64,000 nucleotides of DNA from Callorhinchus milii (lineage: Eukaryota): the NCBI RefSeq assembly GCF_018977255.1, contig NW_024704742.1, positions 124,250,001 through 124,314,000 of the forward strand, written 5' to 3'. This document shows, piece after piece, positions 40,051 to 53,556 of this stretch. A program made the translations under genes and the position numbers. The notes under the pieces are model-generated. The model saw nothing but the letters and a program-made list of their open reading frames with translations. It was not told the origin of the DNA and ran no database searches. Every line of letters starts with the position of its first letter. Position 1 is the first letter of the stretch.

Positions 40051-40339
40051 CAAGAGTTCCTTTGCCTTTCAGTTAGGCTGTGTGTAGTTATGATTGTACC
40101 ATCTGTAAAGAACATTCTATAAGATAGCAAGCTGTCTGCACTGATGAAGTGAACATGGGAGGTGAAGTCTCCAAAGTTAAATATAAACTTATCATTGAGC
40201 AATTTTATAGTCTGCCTTAGAACCTATGGCCTCCAATAATTAACGTTTCTGCACTAGAAATTTAATTTCTAATGAGAATATCAATTACTTGTCAAGTAAC
40301 CCTGCACATTGTGGCCTGAGGAGCAGCCCTATTTTACAG

Positions 40340-40790
40340 CTTTCGTTGTATTTCTAAGCTTTATTTGACTCTCGAGGTGGTAATTCAGTCTTAACTCTGC
40401 TGCATGTGGGTCTGAAAAGGAATGTTGATTGTACTCTGGACGTCAAGAGAGCTGTCTGTTACTACGTAGACAGAGCTGAGGAGACCTGGAAATAACCTCA
40501 GCTGTTTGTGTCTTATGTTACTAAAATTTGGGATTGTCTGGTCACCAATTGGAGATTATCTTACTGCGTAAAGGTCTGTATTTTGTCTGGTGGCTTTGGG
40601 AATGCATCATAGCCCCTTCCTTCCAATTCCTAAGAAGTTTGAGGCTATTCCATTGGGGCATCTGTCACTATTTGGGTTAGCTTCAAGCAAGTGGCACTAA
40701 CTGATATCTGTAAAGAGAGCTGTTTAGATTAGTTCCCCTATATTCACCAAACGTCACTGTCTGGTCAAAACTATTTGCAGTTTGCGGAGC
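40340..40790 (+). mobile_element. DIRS1-like tyrosine recombinase fossil
   Basis: Translates TLDVKRAVCYYVDRAEETWK*PQLFVSY..RLSYCVKVCI..GYSIGASVTIWVSFKQVALTDICKE..IFTKRHCL. This parallels the DIRS YR pattern LDVxRAL.FY.DRT..QLFVS..AHSTRA..SWA..DICKAA..FTKHY. Stops and frameshifts present. Confidence 0.78.
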
Positions 40791-43700
40791 TCTTCTGAAT
40801 AATAATAATCTTTGCATTTGACATAGCGCCTTATCATATTATTGATATTTCACAGAAAATATTGTAAAGTAGATTGTGTTTTTTGTAAGTGAAATAGGCT
40901 TTTTTTGTATAGGTTTTGGAAGAGCTTCATGAAACATTAAAAAGTAATAAATGTCGAGTACTCAAATTCTAGCTTTAGTAATCCTTGCCCTTTTCAATTC
41001 CGTGGAGAACATTTGCATTTTATCATCCTTTTTTATGCTTTACCTGGTTTAAAGTTTTAAACAAACGCTTAGATGGTTTGGAGCCACAATACACTTACTG
41101 TTTTTTTTAAAAAAGGTATCTTACAGTTAAGGTATCCAATTAAGGCTGAATTTAAGATATTTTCCACAGATGTGCCCAATGTTAAAGTTTAAGACAAAAT
41201 GATCTCACAGATTTAGACTGGGTGGAAACTTGGTCCTCATCTTCAATTCACATCCTAATTATTATAGCTTATAATAATAATAATAACCCTTACATTTGAT
41301 ATAGCGCCTTATCACACTGTTGAGGCATCTCAAAGCTGTTCACAGGATATATCGTAAATAATAATAATAATAATAATAATCCTTGCATTTGATATAGCGC
41401 TTTTCACGTCGGGAGGACGTCCCAAAGCGCTTCACAGAACACACTGTAAAGTGGATTGACTGTATATTTGTGGGCTAAGCATATGTTTGCTATAAATTAA
41501 TTTCTTAGATTCTTGAGGCTATTTTGCTAATTTAAAAGTAAAATGCATTCTACTTCAGGGATTATTTTTGTGTAAAATGCTCACACATTTAAGAGCATCC
41601 ATTGTACAATCTGAGTGTCAATACAAATTGACACTGGAGAAGGGCTGTTTTTGTACAACATGATTTTATATTTTGGCTTCAGTATTGAAATGGAAACATT
41701 CATACAGACTTTTGGCTTTAGCTTCCTAACGAAAGTTTTTTTTACTCTTGTTTGTCCTGTTAAAAAGAGTATAAGTTGTAAATAATTTTATCATAAATTC
41801 AACTGTTAAGAATAATTCCCAACAAGTGCATTGGCATGCGCAACATTTTCCTGTTTCTTTCTGAATGTGTCTGAAAACTGTAGTTTTAATTTATAATGCA
41901 CAAAAGCCTAATTCAGAAGCTGTGGATGTAGTTGGTCAGTTCATTACAGGATTTGCATGCGCTCATGGGACCTTAACATAATGACTCCACAACGTCCTGT
42001 CCTGCCCTTCTGAACTTTGTCTGATGTTTCAGCTTCATTTTCATGTTTCTGTGTAATCTTGTTATTTCTTACTGAGGGCTTCCAAGGACAGATATTGAAT
42101 TTTAAATGTATTGCAATCAGTAGTCAGTTGGAACCCTGCTATACAAACCTCCGTCCGATTGTGTTTATCTATTCCTTTTCTGCCTCCTCACAGCAGCTGG
42201 TCAGCACTCCTGTTTCAATATTTTATTTGAAATTTTCTATTAATGTCAAGATTTGCTTCTATCCAAGTACTGTATCTCCAATGTTATAACTCTTTGGACT
42301 CTTCGGGAAAAGTTCTTGGTGTCGTAGCCAATAAACACCAGATAAAATTGGTTATTCACTTCATGGCTGTTTGTGGAACATTGCTGTGTGCAAATAGGCA
42401 GCTGCATTTGTCTGTAAAATACATAGTCGCTATACCCACAGTGAATCCTATGAAGTGCTTTGAGATGTTATTTTGATGTGCAAGGCACTACGTGGAATGC
42501 AAGGATGATAATTATCAATGTGTTAGCTACATAATGCATTCCTGCCCCTTTTGAAGATAGGGTGCCCAAAACCTAACGCATGGTTTCACATGTTGTGTGA
42601 CCAGTGATTTGTGGAAAATTAGAGTAACTTCAATTATTTGCTAAATCTTTGCAGAATTTAATTTGCGAAATTTAAAATCAACATCAATAACCAGATAAAA
42701 GCGTTGAAAACATGAGTTGTACATTATAATGGAAATGTGGAGGATCATTGTGTTCACCCACAAAATATGCAATCAATTCACTTTACAGAATATTCTGTGA
42801 AGCGCTTTGAGACGTCTCAACAATGTGATATCAAATGCAAGGATTATTATCACAATGGACTGTTCATGTGGTCTGTTTGTTTCACAGAATAGTTTACTTA
42901 AGTTTTATTAATTATATGATAAGGAACTTTATGTTATTGAAATCCAGTTTACTTTGGGTCCACTTTTTCTTTTAACAGAGGAATCCACTTGTTCTGATTT
43001 GCATCACAGAAGGAGGCAATCTATCTCTTTCGTCCCACTTCCCTGCCCTTCCCCATGCCCCATAATACAGTATTTCTCTTTTTCAAATATTAATCATTTC
43101 CCTTTTAAAAACTGTTATGGATTCTGCTTCATCTATGTTTGTTTAGTTGGGCATTCCAAGCCCAGCATTCTCCTTGACAAAAAGTGTTTCTTAGAATCTA
43201 GTTTTTCAGTAAATCTTATTTGCGCTCTCCAGTTACCAACTCACTGACCAGTGGAAATAGTTTTTCCCAATCGAGATGTTTCTTTTCTGATGCAAACATC
43301 TAAAATGTGATTTCTCTTTATTCAACTTAATATGAAGATTTTCATAATCTTTCCATTTCCAACCATGATATGGTTCTGGATTACTGATAATAATAAATGA
43401 GGGGCACTGCTGTGAGCAATTGGCTGCCTCGTTTTGCCCACAAATATACAGTCAATTCACTTTACAGAATATTCTGTGAAGCGCTTTGAGACGTCTAGAG
43501 GACATGAAAAGCGCTATTGCAAATGCAAGGATTATTATTAGTATGATTAAATATTTTTTGATCAATTGGAACCAGCTTAATTGACCAGAAATACAGGCTC
43601 TTTCCCTCATTCCTTCTACCGCCGCCCCCACCCACCCCCATTTTATTTGTTGACGTGTTATTGACAGTTTGGCAGTTTTATTCAACAGTGGACAGTGGGG

Positions 43701-44055
43701 CACCAGTGAAGCAAAGACAGGGGCTTTGTTTCCTTCCTCCCCATTTCTTTTCTTCAGTATCTGGCTCTTAACATTTTTAAGGCTGCAGTTCTATTGTAGG
43801 TACCTTTCGCTGCTAAAAGATTGCAATTTTGGAGTTTTCTGCCTTTTGTTGCTATGCTTCTTGTGAATCAAGCTGTCAATCAAGCCACATGTCTATTTTT
43901 CACATTTGAAGGCAAGCGCTGAACAAAAGAGAAGGAAGAAGACCCAGTGATGACCTTTTAACACTGAAAAATACTGTACATATAAAACTGTTCCCTTTAG
44001 ATCCTCTATCAGATATTTTTTGGATCAATTGGAAACATCTTAATTGACTAGAAAT

Positions 44056-44770
44056 ACAAGTTAAACTCCTGATAACTCGTCACTCCAAGGGAAAAGAGCT
44101 CAGTGACAAGTTATCAGGAGTGTTGAGTTATCAGGGGTGGTGAGTTAGACATGTGTATAATAAATATGCAGCCAGGATATTGACATAGGAACTGGAGTAG
44201 GCCATTCAGCCCCTCAAGCCTGCTCCGCCATTCTATTAGTTCATGGCTGATGTACACCTCGATACCCTTATTACCTAACAAAAATCTAACCACCCCAGCC
44301 TTGAAAATTTGAGTGGATCCAGCATCCACAGTCTTTTGGGGGCAGAAAGTTCCAGATTTCCACTACCCTTTGCGTGAAAAAATGCTTCCTAATTTCATTC
44401 TTAAATGGTTTAGCTCTAATTTTAAGATTATGCCCCCTTGTTCTGGATTCCTCCACCAGAGGAAATAGTTTCTCTGTAGCTATCCTATTGAATTCCTTTA
44501 TCATTTTAAACACCTCAACCAGATCAGCTTTCAACCCTCTATACTTAAGGGAATACAACCTCATAATTTAACTATTTAAACCCTGGTATTATTTTAGTGA
44601 ATCTACGCTGCACCCCTCCAGGGCCAATATAATCTTTCCTGAGGGATATGGGACCCAAATCTGAACGCAGTACTCCAGATGGGGTCTGACCAAGGTTTAG
44701 CATGATGAATTAAGTGGTATTAACAGGTTAAGCCAGGATTGAGTTATCAGTTTAGGAGTCGGTTTAATTC
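44056..44770. mobile_element. Tigger/pogo-like MITE remnant interrupted by CR1
   Basis: gttaaactcctgataactc at the left, internal inverted gttatcaggag repeats, and gagttatcag..ggagtcggtttaat on the far side of the CR1. Confidence 0.5.
44182..44700 (-). mobile_element. CR1 LINE 3' fragment
   Basis: ORF 44286..44564: DLVEVFKMIK..EKLFPLVEESRTRGHNLKI..FFTQRVVEIWN. Confidence 0.92.
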
Positions 44771-45230
44771 CAAGGAGGTCCGGCTTACCTTACCCCCGCT
44801 TCCCTCCAGTAGGGTTTGATCCTTCACTAGGTGGGTGGCAAGTACCAGGAATACCCTGCAAGCTTCAGCATGAGAGAATTGCCACCATCTTCCTGTCCAT
44901 AGCTCGGGCATACATCCCTACCCATTGAGAAATGTTCCACCTGTTGGTGGTGTGGAGCTTGAGCAGCAGCTGCTTGTCTTTCTGTATACCAATCAAAGTG
45001 GATTCAAGTCTGGATAAATGAGCATGTATTCACGAACAGCGACTGCAGGTAACATCTTCCAGCAGCTGTCTCCCTCCTTTTCAGCTATCTGATGGATATC
45101 TGTTTTCAGTGTGGGGGGATGACCTTTACAGGATAGAGTGTGGATGGATGTCTGTGTGTGTGTATTTTATTTATATATATGGGATGCGCATTAATATATA
45201 TATATGTGATGCGCACACACACACGCACGT

Positions 45231-45640
45231 GCCAGCCTGGCTTAGTTGGTTGCATTCTCACCTCTTGAGTCAGAAGATTGTGGATACAAGCCCCATGTTG
45301 GGACTTCAAACTCGTACAGCCTAGGCTGACACTCCACTGCTTTGTTGAAGTGTGATGCATTGTTGAATGTGCCGTTCTTCGGATGAGAGGTTAAACCGAG
45401 GTCCTGTCTGCCTGTTAAAGTCCCTGTGACATTATTCAAAAAGAGAAAGGAGTTTTTCCCGGTGTCCTGGCCAACAATCCCCCAAAGAAAATTGGTCATT
45501 CACTTCATGGCTATTTGTGGGACATTGCTGTGCAAATTGGCTGTAGCATTTGCCTACAATCTCCAGTGCTGTATATCCTGCAAAATGCTCTGAGACTGTC
45601 TCCGGACGTGAGAGGCGTTGTGTCAAATGCAGGGATTATT
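45231..45640 (+). mobile_element. Full-length older SacSINE1-like DeuSINE
   Basis: tRNA-like head (cctggcttagttgg..ctcttgagtcagaagattgtgg), Deu domain (ggatgagaggttaaaccgaggtcc, cccggtgtcctggccaac, tttgtgggacattgctgtgcaaattggctg), L2-type tail. Followed by a SINE 3' half at about 45660-45800. Confidence 0.85.
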
Positions 45641-48600
45641 TTTTTGCGCAAGAACTGCTATTTGCTGTGCGCAATTGGCTGCCGCGTTTCACCCACAAAT
45701 ATACAGTCAATTCACTTTGCAGTCTATTCTGTGAAGCGCTTTGAGACATCTAGAAAACGTGAAAAGCGCTATATCAAATGCAAGGATTATTATTATTATT
45801 ATCAAATTATAATCTGAACTGCTTTGAAATGCAGAATGTTTGGATAATTGGATTTCCTGATCTGGAGAAGTATTTTATATGTTTACTTTATGAGGAAGGA
45901 CTGCAAAAGTAAGAGTTCATCAAGTAAGCATTACCCATGTCACTTAAATTTAAAAAATAATCTTTTAGAAAATAGCCCCCAAAAATGTAAACAAATTTGA
46001 TTTTGATTGTGTTTGAGTATACACATTCTTGTCCAATCAAATTGCAAACTTCTGGTCTGCATAGCCAAGTTGATCAAATAATCAATGATGCTTGGGACAA
46101 GGTAACTGGAGGAGATATATTTGGCTCTATTGTAATCAGAGAAAATCTATATTTGGAGTAATGTTAAAGTATGGGCATCCAGGTGATCATATGTTACTTG
46201 AAATTTCTGTAGTAGATAAATAGTAGCTATAAAGCCGCAGGCTGGAAAGTATCAAAAAATATAAAGTTAGAAACTGTGTCAATCTGTTGAGTGATCTGAA
46301 TTTATCTTTGGTTCATTCACTTGAGTAATGAATTTTTTTACAGGATAATCCTCAAACTTGTCTTCTATAACCCTACCAAGGCAGTCCTGAGATGGAATGT
46401 AATAACATATGTATGTAATTCTTTTCAAATAGATTCAGACAAAGGAAGAGTGTTGCTCACTTAGAACAGCTGTATAAGATGTGTAAATTCCCCTCAATTT
46501 AATTAATATTATAGAAATTACAGCATAGTCGGCGGCCCATAGAGCCTTTGATTGTTTCAGTAACTTCACTGGAACTAACTACAACAACAATTTGTATTTA
46601 TATAGTGTCCTTCACGCAGGATAGCATCTAGGAGCATACTCTAATCTTAATTCCCTGCTCTTTCCGTATACCATTTATACCAATCATATAATTTAAAGTT
46701 GGGTATCCATATACTATTTATATTGTTCCTCGTAAAAAGTTAATCAAATTCTCTTTTAAATGTTATAGGCTTAGCCTCAATATTCCTTTGTGACAAAACA
46801 TTCCACCTTCCAATAATGTGTTATGTTTTTAACCTTCCTCTTAACTCTTCCAGTTAAGGTCCCGATTTGATGTTCCTTTGTTCATCCGTGGTGATGAATT
46901 TCTGACAACTAATACAAGTTTATGCGGTTCAAGTAATTTGTGAGTTATTGCTCACAACTATATCAGTCTGAATTATCTTCAAGAGAAAGAAATTACCTCT
47001 GGTCTTTAGGATTTCCTTGTGACAGACCTACTGAAAACTTCAGTACACACTGAGGTCACAATCACAATTGAACTACCTAGGTAGGTGAGGTAAGGCATCA
47101 GGGCCAGATGACTATTAGATAGACTTAAATAGATAACTCATCTCATCCCACTTCTCCTGAAGGCTTTATCCAGCATACTGAATCTATGAATGAGGTATGT
47201 AATTGTCATTTAATTGATTTAAAAAAGGACAGGGATTTGAAACTGTGTGCTTTCCACAGACCTACTACACCAATGTTAAGATGAACAAAATACCTTCATG
47301 ACTCAATCCCCAACGGGTGTAAGCCAACCGTACAGTACTCTTTTTGACAATATTCGTTGTTCTTGTACATAGGTAATTTAAGAAAAGAATTTTAGTGTTC
47401 ATTTGCCAGACATAGCAGAATTTGGATATAAAAAGAGAAAATAAACAAACGGAAATTTAAAACGGAAAAGAAAATGATGTGGGTTGAATCAAATGCAAAA
47501 GAGAAAGACAAAGGTCTTAGGTTTGACCCTTCATTAAATTCCATTTGGCATGTGGATTTTTGAAGTTGTATTTCAGTCCCAAATTGTTTCAGGTTTTTGT
47601 TTTCATTCATATCCTCAGTGTCTCTTCATTCAATTGGTAGACCACTTCTCACTTGACCTCAAAATGCTGCTTACTATTTACTCCTTGTTTTTGTTCTTGG
47701 AATAGTTCTTTTCCACTTCTACTCTTGATTTCAGGGTCACTAATGTTCTGTCCACTTGCCTGTCAGACATCAAGGCCTGGATGAGGCAAAATTTCCTACA
47801 ATTCAATATGAATAAGACTGATCTATCCTCCTTGGTTTCTGCCAATACTTCCTTTGTTCTGGCTCTGACCTCCTCAATCACTGAACCTCAACCTTGCCAT
47901 CCAGTAATAATAATAATAATAATAATAATAATACAGTTATTAAACTGTAATAATACAGTTATAATACAGTTATTATAATACAGTTATTGAGTACAATCCT
48001 CAGCTATCGTTTCTCTCTCATACATGGTCCCTGATCAAAACCTCTTTCATTTACTTCCATGTATTGCCCACCTCTGACCATATCTCACATCCAGTGCCAC
48101 AAACACTTGATTATGTCATGAAGTCTTTGATCATTTCAATCTTTATTTATCCCTATAACCTTCAAAGCTGTTCTGAACAAAAAATCAGTTGACTCTTGTT
48201 CATTACCCTTTTTTTAAAAAAGTTAGATAAATATCTACTTGGGAACCATAATAGAAGCTATAGATAGTTGTAGACTGTGATGAACAAATATTTAATGGAC
48301 CAGTTTGAATAATTTATATTCTTCCTGAGCTGGGTTGAGGAAGACGAGGAATTAGGCATCTTATTTATAGGGGAAAGAGCCCAGCTTTCCGTGGAAATGA
48401 ATAAATATTCTGGAGTTTCTTAATTACTTTTGGAGTTGAGGAACCAAGTATCTATTATCCCAGGAGTGGTTAAGGTCAAGTCAACAGTTGGATAGGTTTT
48501 GCCTGTCTGTGAGGGAACTTGAGAATGCCGATTGATTCACTGTGCACTTCCAGCATTTTCTGTTCTTATTTCAGGTACGTGTCCAGTTCTTGTTTTAAAG

Positions 48601-49709
48601 AAGTTCATCAGCACATCTTATGGTGTGGAGCATATGTTGGGAGTCTGTTCTGTACATCCATTTGAAATTATTTAATGCACGCCATCAACTCTGTTCTTAA
48701 GGATTATGTGTGTAGGATGATGCCCTATTCATCTGGTCAGAATTTTTTAATTTTGCCTAGTTATTTTTACCTATTTTACTCAGAGTCAGAAACCAGAAAT
48801 GCTATTTTCTTCAACATTTGCTTTCAGTTTCCAAGTTCAATAATAAAAATGTCTCATAAATGCATCCAGCTACTACGTTTTTGCAGTGTGACATGGTCAG
48901 CTATTTCTAGGAGTCTGAGACTTGCCTTCTTATAAAACTGGTCAATTTTAAATGTGCAAATTGAGTAAGATGCAACTTGTGCGGTCAATATAATTTTACA
49001 TCCCCTATTTAGTTTGATTGTTGAAAAGCACATGTACAACAATATGGAAAAATGCTAGTCTTGTATTGAAGGAGAAAATAGTCTTCACAGAAGATTCGTC
49101 TTTTGATCCCAAAGTACTGTAACCACTTGAGATCAAAACGATCTTCATAAAAAGAGCAAGTTGTCCATAGAGAGAAATCCTAACATCATCTGGGACCCAT
49201 CTCCTGCTCTCTGGTGAAAGCCAACTCTAATTACCCCAGAGCATTTCCATTCGTAATGGAGGCACACAATTTGCATCTGCTTGCCATATTTGTAGCCCTT
49301 GATCTCGGCAATTAGCACAAAACAGATGATAGAGCTATGGAGATGGTGCAGCATAGATTCAAAGGTATGGGGAAAAAGCGGGGAAATTGAATTTGGATAG
49401 GTGACTTCAGTGGAGGAGCAAACAATAACGTTAATACAATGTTCATTAATTCAGTCGAATGGGTCTCCTGTGTCGTAGATTTCTTCCCTCAGTCTAAAAC
49501 TAGAAAATGTCCATTACAGAGAATATGAAACATGGATTCCGCTTTGTAATTAGCATGATAATGACCTATAGTGTCAGACTTTTATTCAGTTACCTTTGCA
49601 AATTCTGCAAAGTAATAAATGCACTATTGAAGAAAACTGAGCTAATGTCAATTACCTAGCAAAAATGTCAGCACTGTAAAATAACTCTTTACTCAACAGT
49701 TATATTAAA

Positions 49710-50088
49710 ATAATAATAGTATTCCTTGCATTTGATATAGTACCTTATCACATAGTTGAGATGTCTCAAAGTGATTCACAGAATATACTGTAAAGTGAAT
49801 TCACTGTATATTTTGTGGGTGAAATCAGGCAGCCAATTGCACACAGCAGTGACCCACAAACAGACATGGATTGAATGTCCAAGTTATTATTGTTTTTTTT
49901 AGAAGCGATTATTATCCCCGGAAAGAGATCCACCAGTTGACTAATAACCAGGTTCCTACTTACTCCTGGGTAAACAGATGTGTGTGGAGTAAGGAAACTT
50001 GCCTAAGGTTTCACCCTGCCCGGGAATCAAACCCAGGCCCTCTCATTTGTGAGGCGAGTACTCTTAACCAATATGCTATGGGACTCCA
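49710..50088 (-). mobile_element. tRNA/Deu SINE (long variant), about 90 bp upstream of ARL15 exon 2
   Basis: Reverse complement of the 4179-type SINE, ending ggactccac. Confidence 0.88.
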
Positions 50089-50177
50089 CGACAGTTGATT
50101 CAGGGTGGCTACAAAGGTTCTATTATTTATCCTGTTTACCAAATGAACAGTGGTTAAAATTATTCTTCTATCCATAG

Positions 50178-50322
50178 TGTTTCAGAGCTTTCTGCTGCAA
50201 GGGATCGCCTACGCCACGAGCTGAATATGATGTCGTTTGTATAGGCCTTATGGGATCTGGCAAATCAACTCTGCTTACACAACTTTGTTGCGAGAGCACA
50301 GACAACATTGTATCTACAACAG
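50178..50322 (+). CDS. ARL15: ARL15 (ARF-like GTPase 15) coding exon 2
   Basis: 145-nt exon between acceptor ttctatccatAG and donor G|GTAAT. Translates CFRAFCCKGSPTPRAEYDVVCIGLMGSGKSTLLTQLCCESTDNIVSTT(G), closely matching recalled human ARL15 (CFRALCCKGPPPARPEYDLVCIGLTGSGKTSLL...NVVSTTG). Contains P-loop GxxGSGKS. Confidence 0.96.
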
Positions 50323-50948
50323 GTAATATCCATACAAGACTGGCAGCATCATGGTAACAGTGCAGAATGTTTGAAGGTAAAGGGAGTCCTGCTAACTGAG
50401 TCCTGCTTATTACACCCCCCCCCCCCCCACCACCATCGAATTACAGTGAAGTGGAAAGTTTGTAACAGTTGCAGTTAACATAAATGTTTGATCAACAATA
50501 GAGAGACGGGGTGTGGGGGGAAGAGATGTTGCTGGTTGATGAATAACAAAAGCTCACATCCGGGTTCCTTTGATGTGAATGGAATTACCCCATCGTTGAG
50601 CAACACCAGTTCAGGGAATCTTGTGTCACATAGTAAATATCTTGCTGGATAACTTGCATCAACTCTTAAAATTGTGTGTTAGTGCCAACGATAATAAATA
50701 TCCTCATGTAGTTTATACTGTTGACAAGGGTTGATGGATGATTAAAATCTGTATTCAGTCCCTGACCACAATTATGTGCTTACATCTGTTTTCGTAGGAA
50801 ATGATATATAGATGGATGAAATCAATGCACTAGAGTAGGTGCGAATTAAGTTATTTCTAAAAAAAAGGTCATATGCATCTGTTTTAATGTGACATTTGAA
50901 TGAATTACCCTTGTGTAAGTCTTAAATTTTTTTTTAAGGAGTCCTTAC

Positions 50949-51276
50949 AGGAGTCCTGTAGCTCAGTGGTTAGAGCACTCGCTTTGCAAGTGAGAAACCT
51001 GAGTTCAATTCCAGGCAGAGGGCGAAACCTCGGGCAAGTTTCCTTACTCCACACGCCTAATAATAATCCCTCCAAAACAAAAAACAATAATAAATTGGTC
51101 ATTTTCAATCTATGACTGTTTGTGGGACATTGCTGTGCGCAATTGGCTGCCGCGTTCGCCCACAAATATACAGTCAATTCACTTTACAGTATATTCTGTG
51201 AAGCGCTTTGGGACGTCCTCCCGACGTGAAAAGCGCTATATCAAATGCAAGGATTATTATTATTATTATTATTATT
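50949..51276 (+). mobile_element. Young tRNA/Deu SINE
   Basis: Nearly identical to 13081-13408. Confidence 0.93.
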
Positions 51277-53556
51277 AAAATGTCTGGCTGCACCCTTGTG
51301 ATTCTGCTTTAGAAGTAACACTGGAGCTAGTTGCTTGCGTGGTAGAGGTGGCATTTCAATTTGAATGAGTGGAATGGGAGGTATCAGCTGAGGTCTGGAC
51401 CATACAGAGTGATTTGAGTTGGCCCTGAAGAGGGGTCTGTATTTATGACCTAATAAACTAGGGGCACCTAAAAGGCTAACTTCAGTCAAGGTGTTAACTG
51501 CGGAAACCATGCTGCCCGAATCTTTTTCTGCATATTCATGGATTCATAGGTTCCAATTTCAAATTTCTCCTACGTTTGTTTATTTCTCTTGGGTACGTGA
51601 CAATGGATGGAGTTTGGATCAAACACATAGTGATTGCTGGGCAAGCTAGCCTTTCCACTCAAACTGCTTTTTCACAAATGAGACGAGAGTCAGGCTGGGT
51701 CAGCAGGAAAATGTTTCCTGAAGAAAGTTAGGGAAGGAAGGAGAGACCGATGCACCTGATTAAGGGACAAACTGGGGCAGAAAAATCCAAGTGACTTTGG
51801 GGCAAGATGGTCTGAGAGTAAGAGTGTCTAAAGTTAACAAATGTTAAGATGGACATGTCTCGAATCAACATAATAAAGCTGAGGGCAAAGGACTATGGTT
51901 AATAGGCTAAAATGAGTAAAAGAAGTTGGGTGTATGATTGGGTGAGACAGTCAATATGTGAGCAAAGGAAGAGAGGCACAGCAAGCATGCCTGTGGAAAA
52001 GAGGGTTCAAAGGTAGCAAAGCAGTGGGTTTGGTATGAGGAACAAGCCAAATTGTATTCAGGAATGGGGTGAGAGAAACAAACCATTGATTAAAAATTAT
52101 TGGTGAAGAGGAGAAAAAATAACAAAATATCAAATTGCACTGTAGAACCACACTGGAATACTATTTTATCCAAACTGAGCACAACCAGTCCACAGTCTAA
52201 TCTATCAGTGTTTTCTATCAGATGATTGAGGAAAGTGAGCCTCATCTGAATATCATTATGGGAATTCCTATTGTATTGAAGATTCGTAGGAGGAAGCCAC
52301 TCAATCCATCAAGTTTATCAGTTTGATCCCTTTGAGCCTACAACAGTGGAGGTTCCTTAATTCCCTGCCTATCCTCCTACAATCTACGGGTTTTTAAAAC
52401 CCAATCTTGATGTCACGTAACCACTGTTTCAGGAATTATCTCATCATTTTTTAAAAAATACAAGTAAAATGCAGTGGTGTTTGTAGAATCTCACAGCGAT
52501 ATTCATGTGTGTTTTATTTTTTGAATATTAGGAGGATGAATGTCAGTGTTTGGTATTATTCATTTTTTTCTATAGTGAGCCATTCTATCCATTGCTACGG
52601 CCTTTCTGAGGAAGGTTATCCATTTGTGCCAAATAAAGAGTTATTGTGTGCTATTGATTGACAATCCCAAATAATTGGAATGATACTGCTCAAACTCATT
52701 TTATATATGGCCCTAAAAACTGACAGAAAGTCTGGGTTGGAATGAAACCTACACAATATCATATAATGCAATATTACATCAGTATTTTCTTGCCAAAGAT
52801 TTGAATCTTCATCTCAATGTGTTTTATAAACTCAGTGAATTTGAGCCTGAACTATAATTCACTTGACATCCAGTTACACTAACTTGCATCCATTTGCTGT
52901 TCCTCCAATCACCAATGCCTTTTAGACAGACAACAACTTGCATTTATATAGCACCTTTCATGTTAGATAATGTCTCAGAAGGATTTACCAATATGGGTTT
53001 GGATGCTAAGTAAGAGTGATGTGAGAAGTGGGAGGATATCAGGTGCAATGAACGAGAGAGGTCTTATAGTGCAACTAAAAATGTGTGTGTGAGGGTGGGG
53101 GGGAACATACAGAGGGGAGTACAAATTTGAGAGCCAACGGCTCATTTAATTATGTGATTGACTTTAGCACAAACGTTTTCAATGAATATTACTGTTTTCA
53201 ATCTGTTTAGGCCAGTTTAAATGATATCCATCACCTCCGCCAAGTATTTCTTTGTTAAACGTAGTTCCACTTCAAGATTTTCAAACCATATCCTTACAAC
53301 ATTGAAATCTTTCTTTAGACTAATCTGGGTGCATATTTTAATATTGACTTCATCCATGATTCTGTATTGTATAATATATTCTTTCCCATTTCCACATATT
53401 TTTGTTCCCTCTATTTGGATCCTATATTGTTTATTTTCTGCCACAAGGTTCCCGCTTTCAAGTTGCAGCTTCAGCTGTTGTTCTAGATCCTGTATGTGGA
53501 TAACTTTATGGTTCAATATCCTTGCAATTTCAGGCTTCGTTAAACATAATTAAATG

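Noticed and set aside
44870..45090. Coding-looking segment with a GTAAC donor
   Set aside because: Stop codons in the frames tried and no recognisable protein motif.
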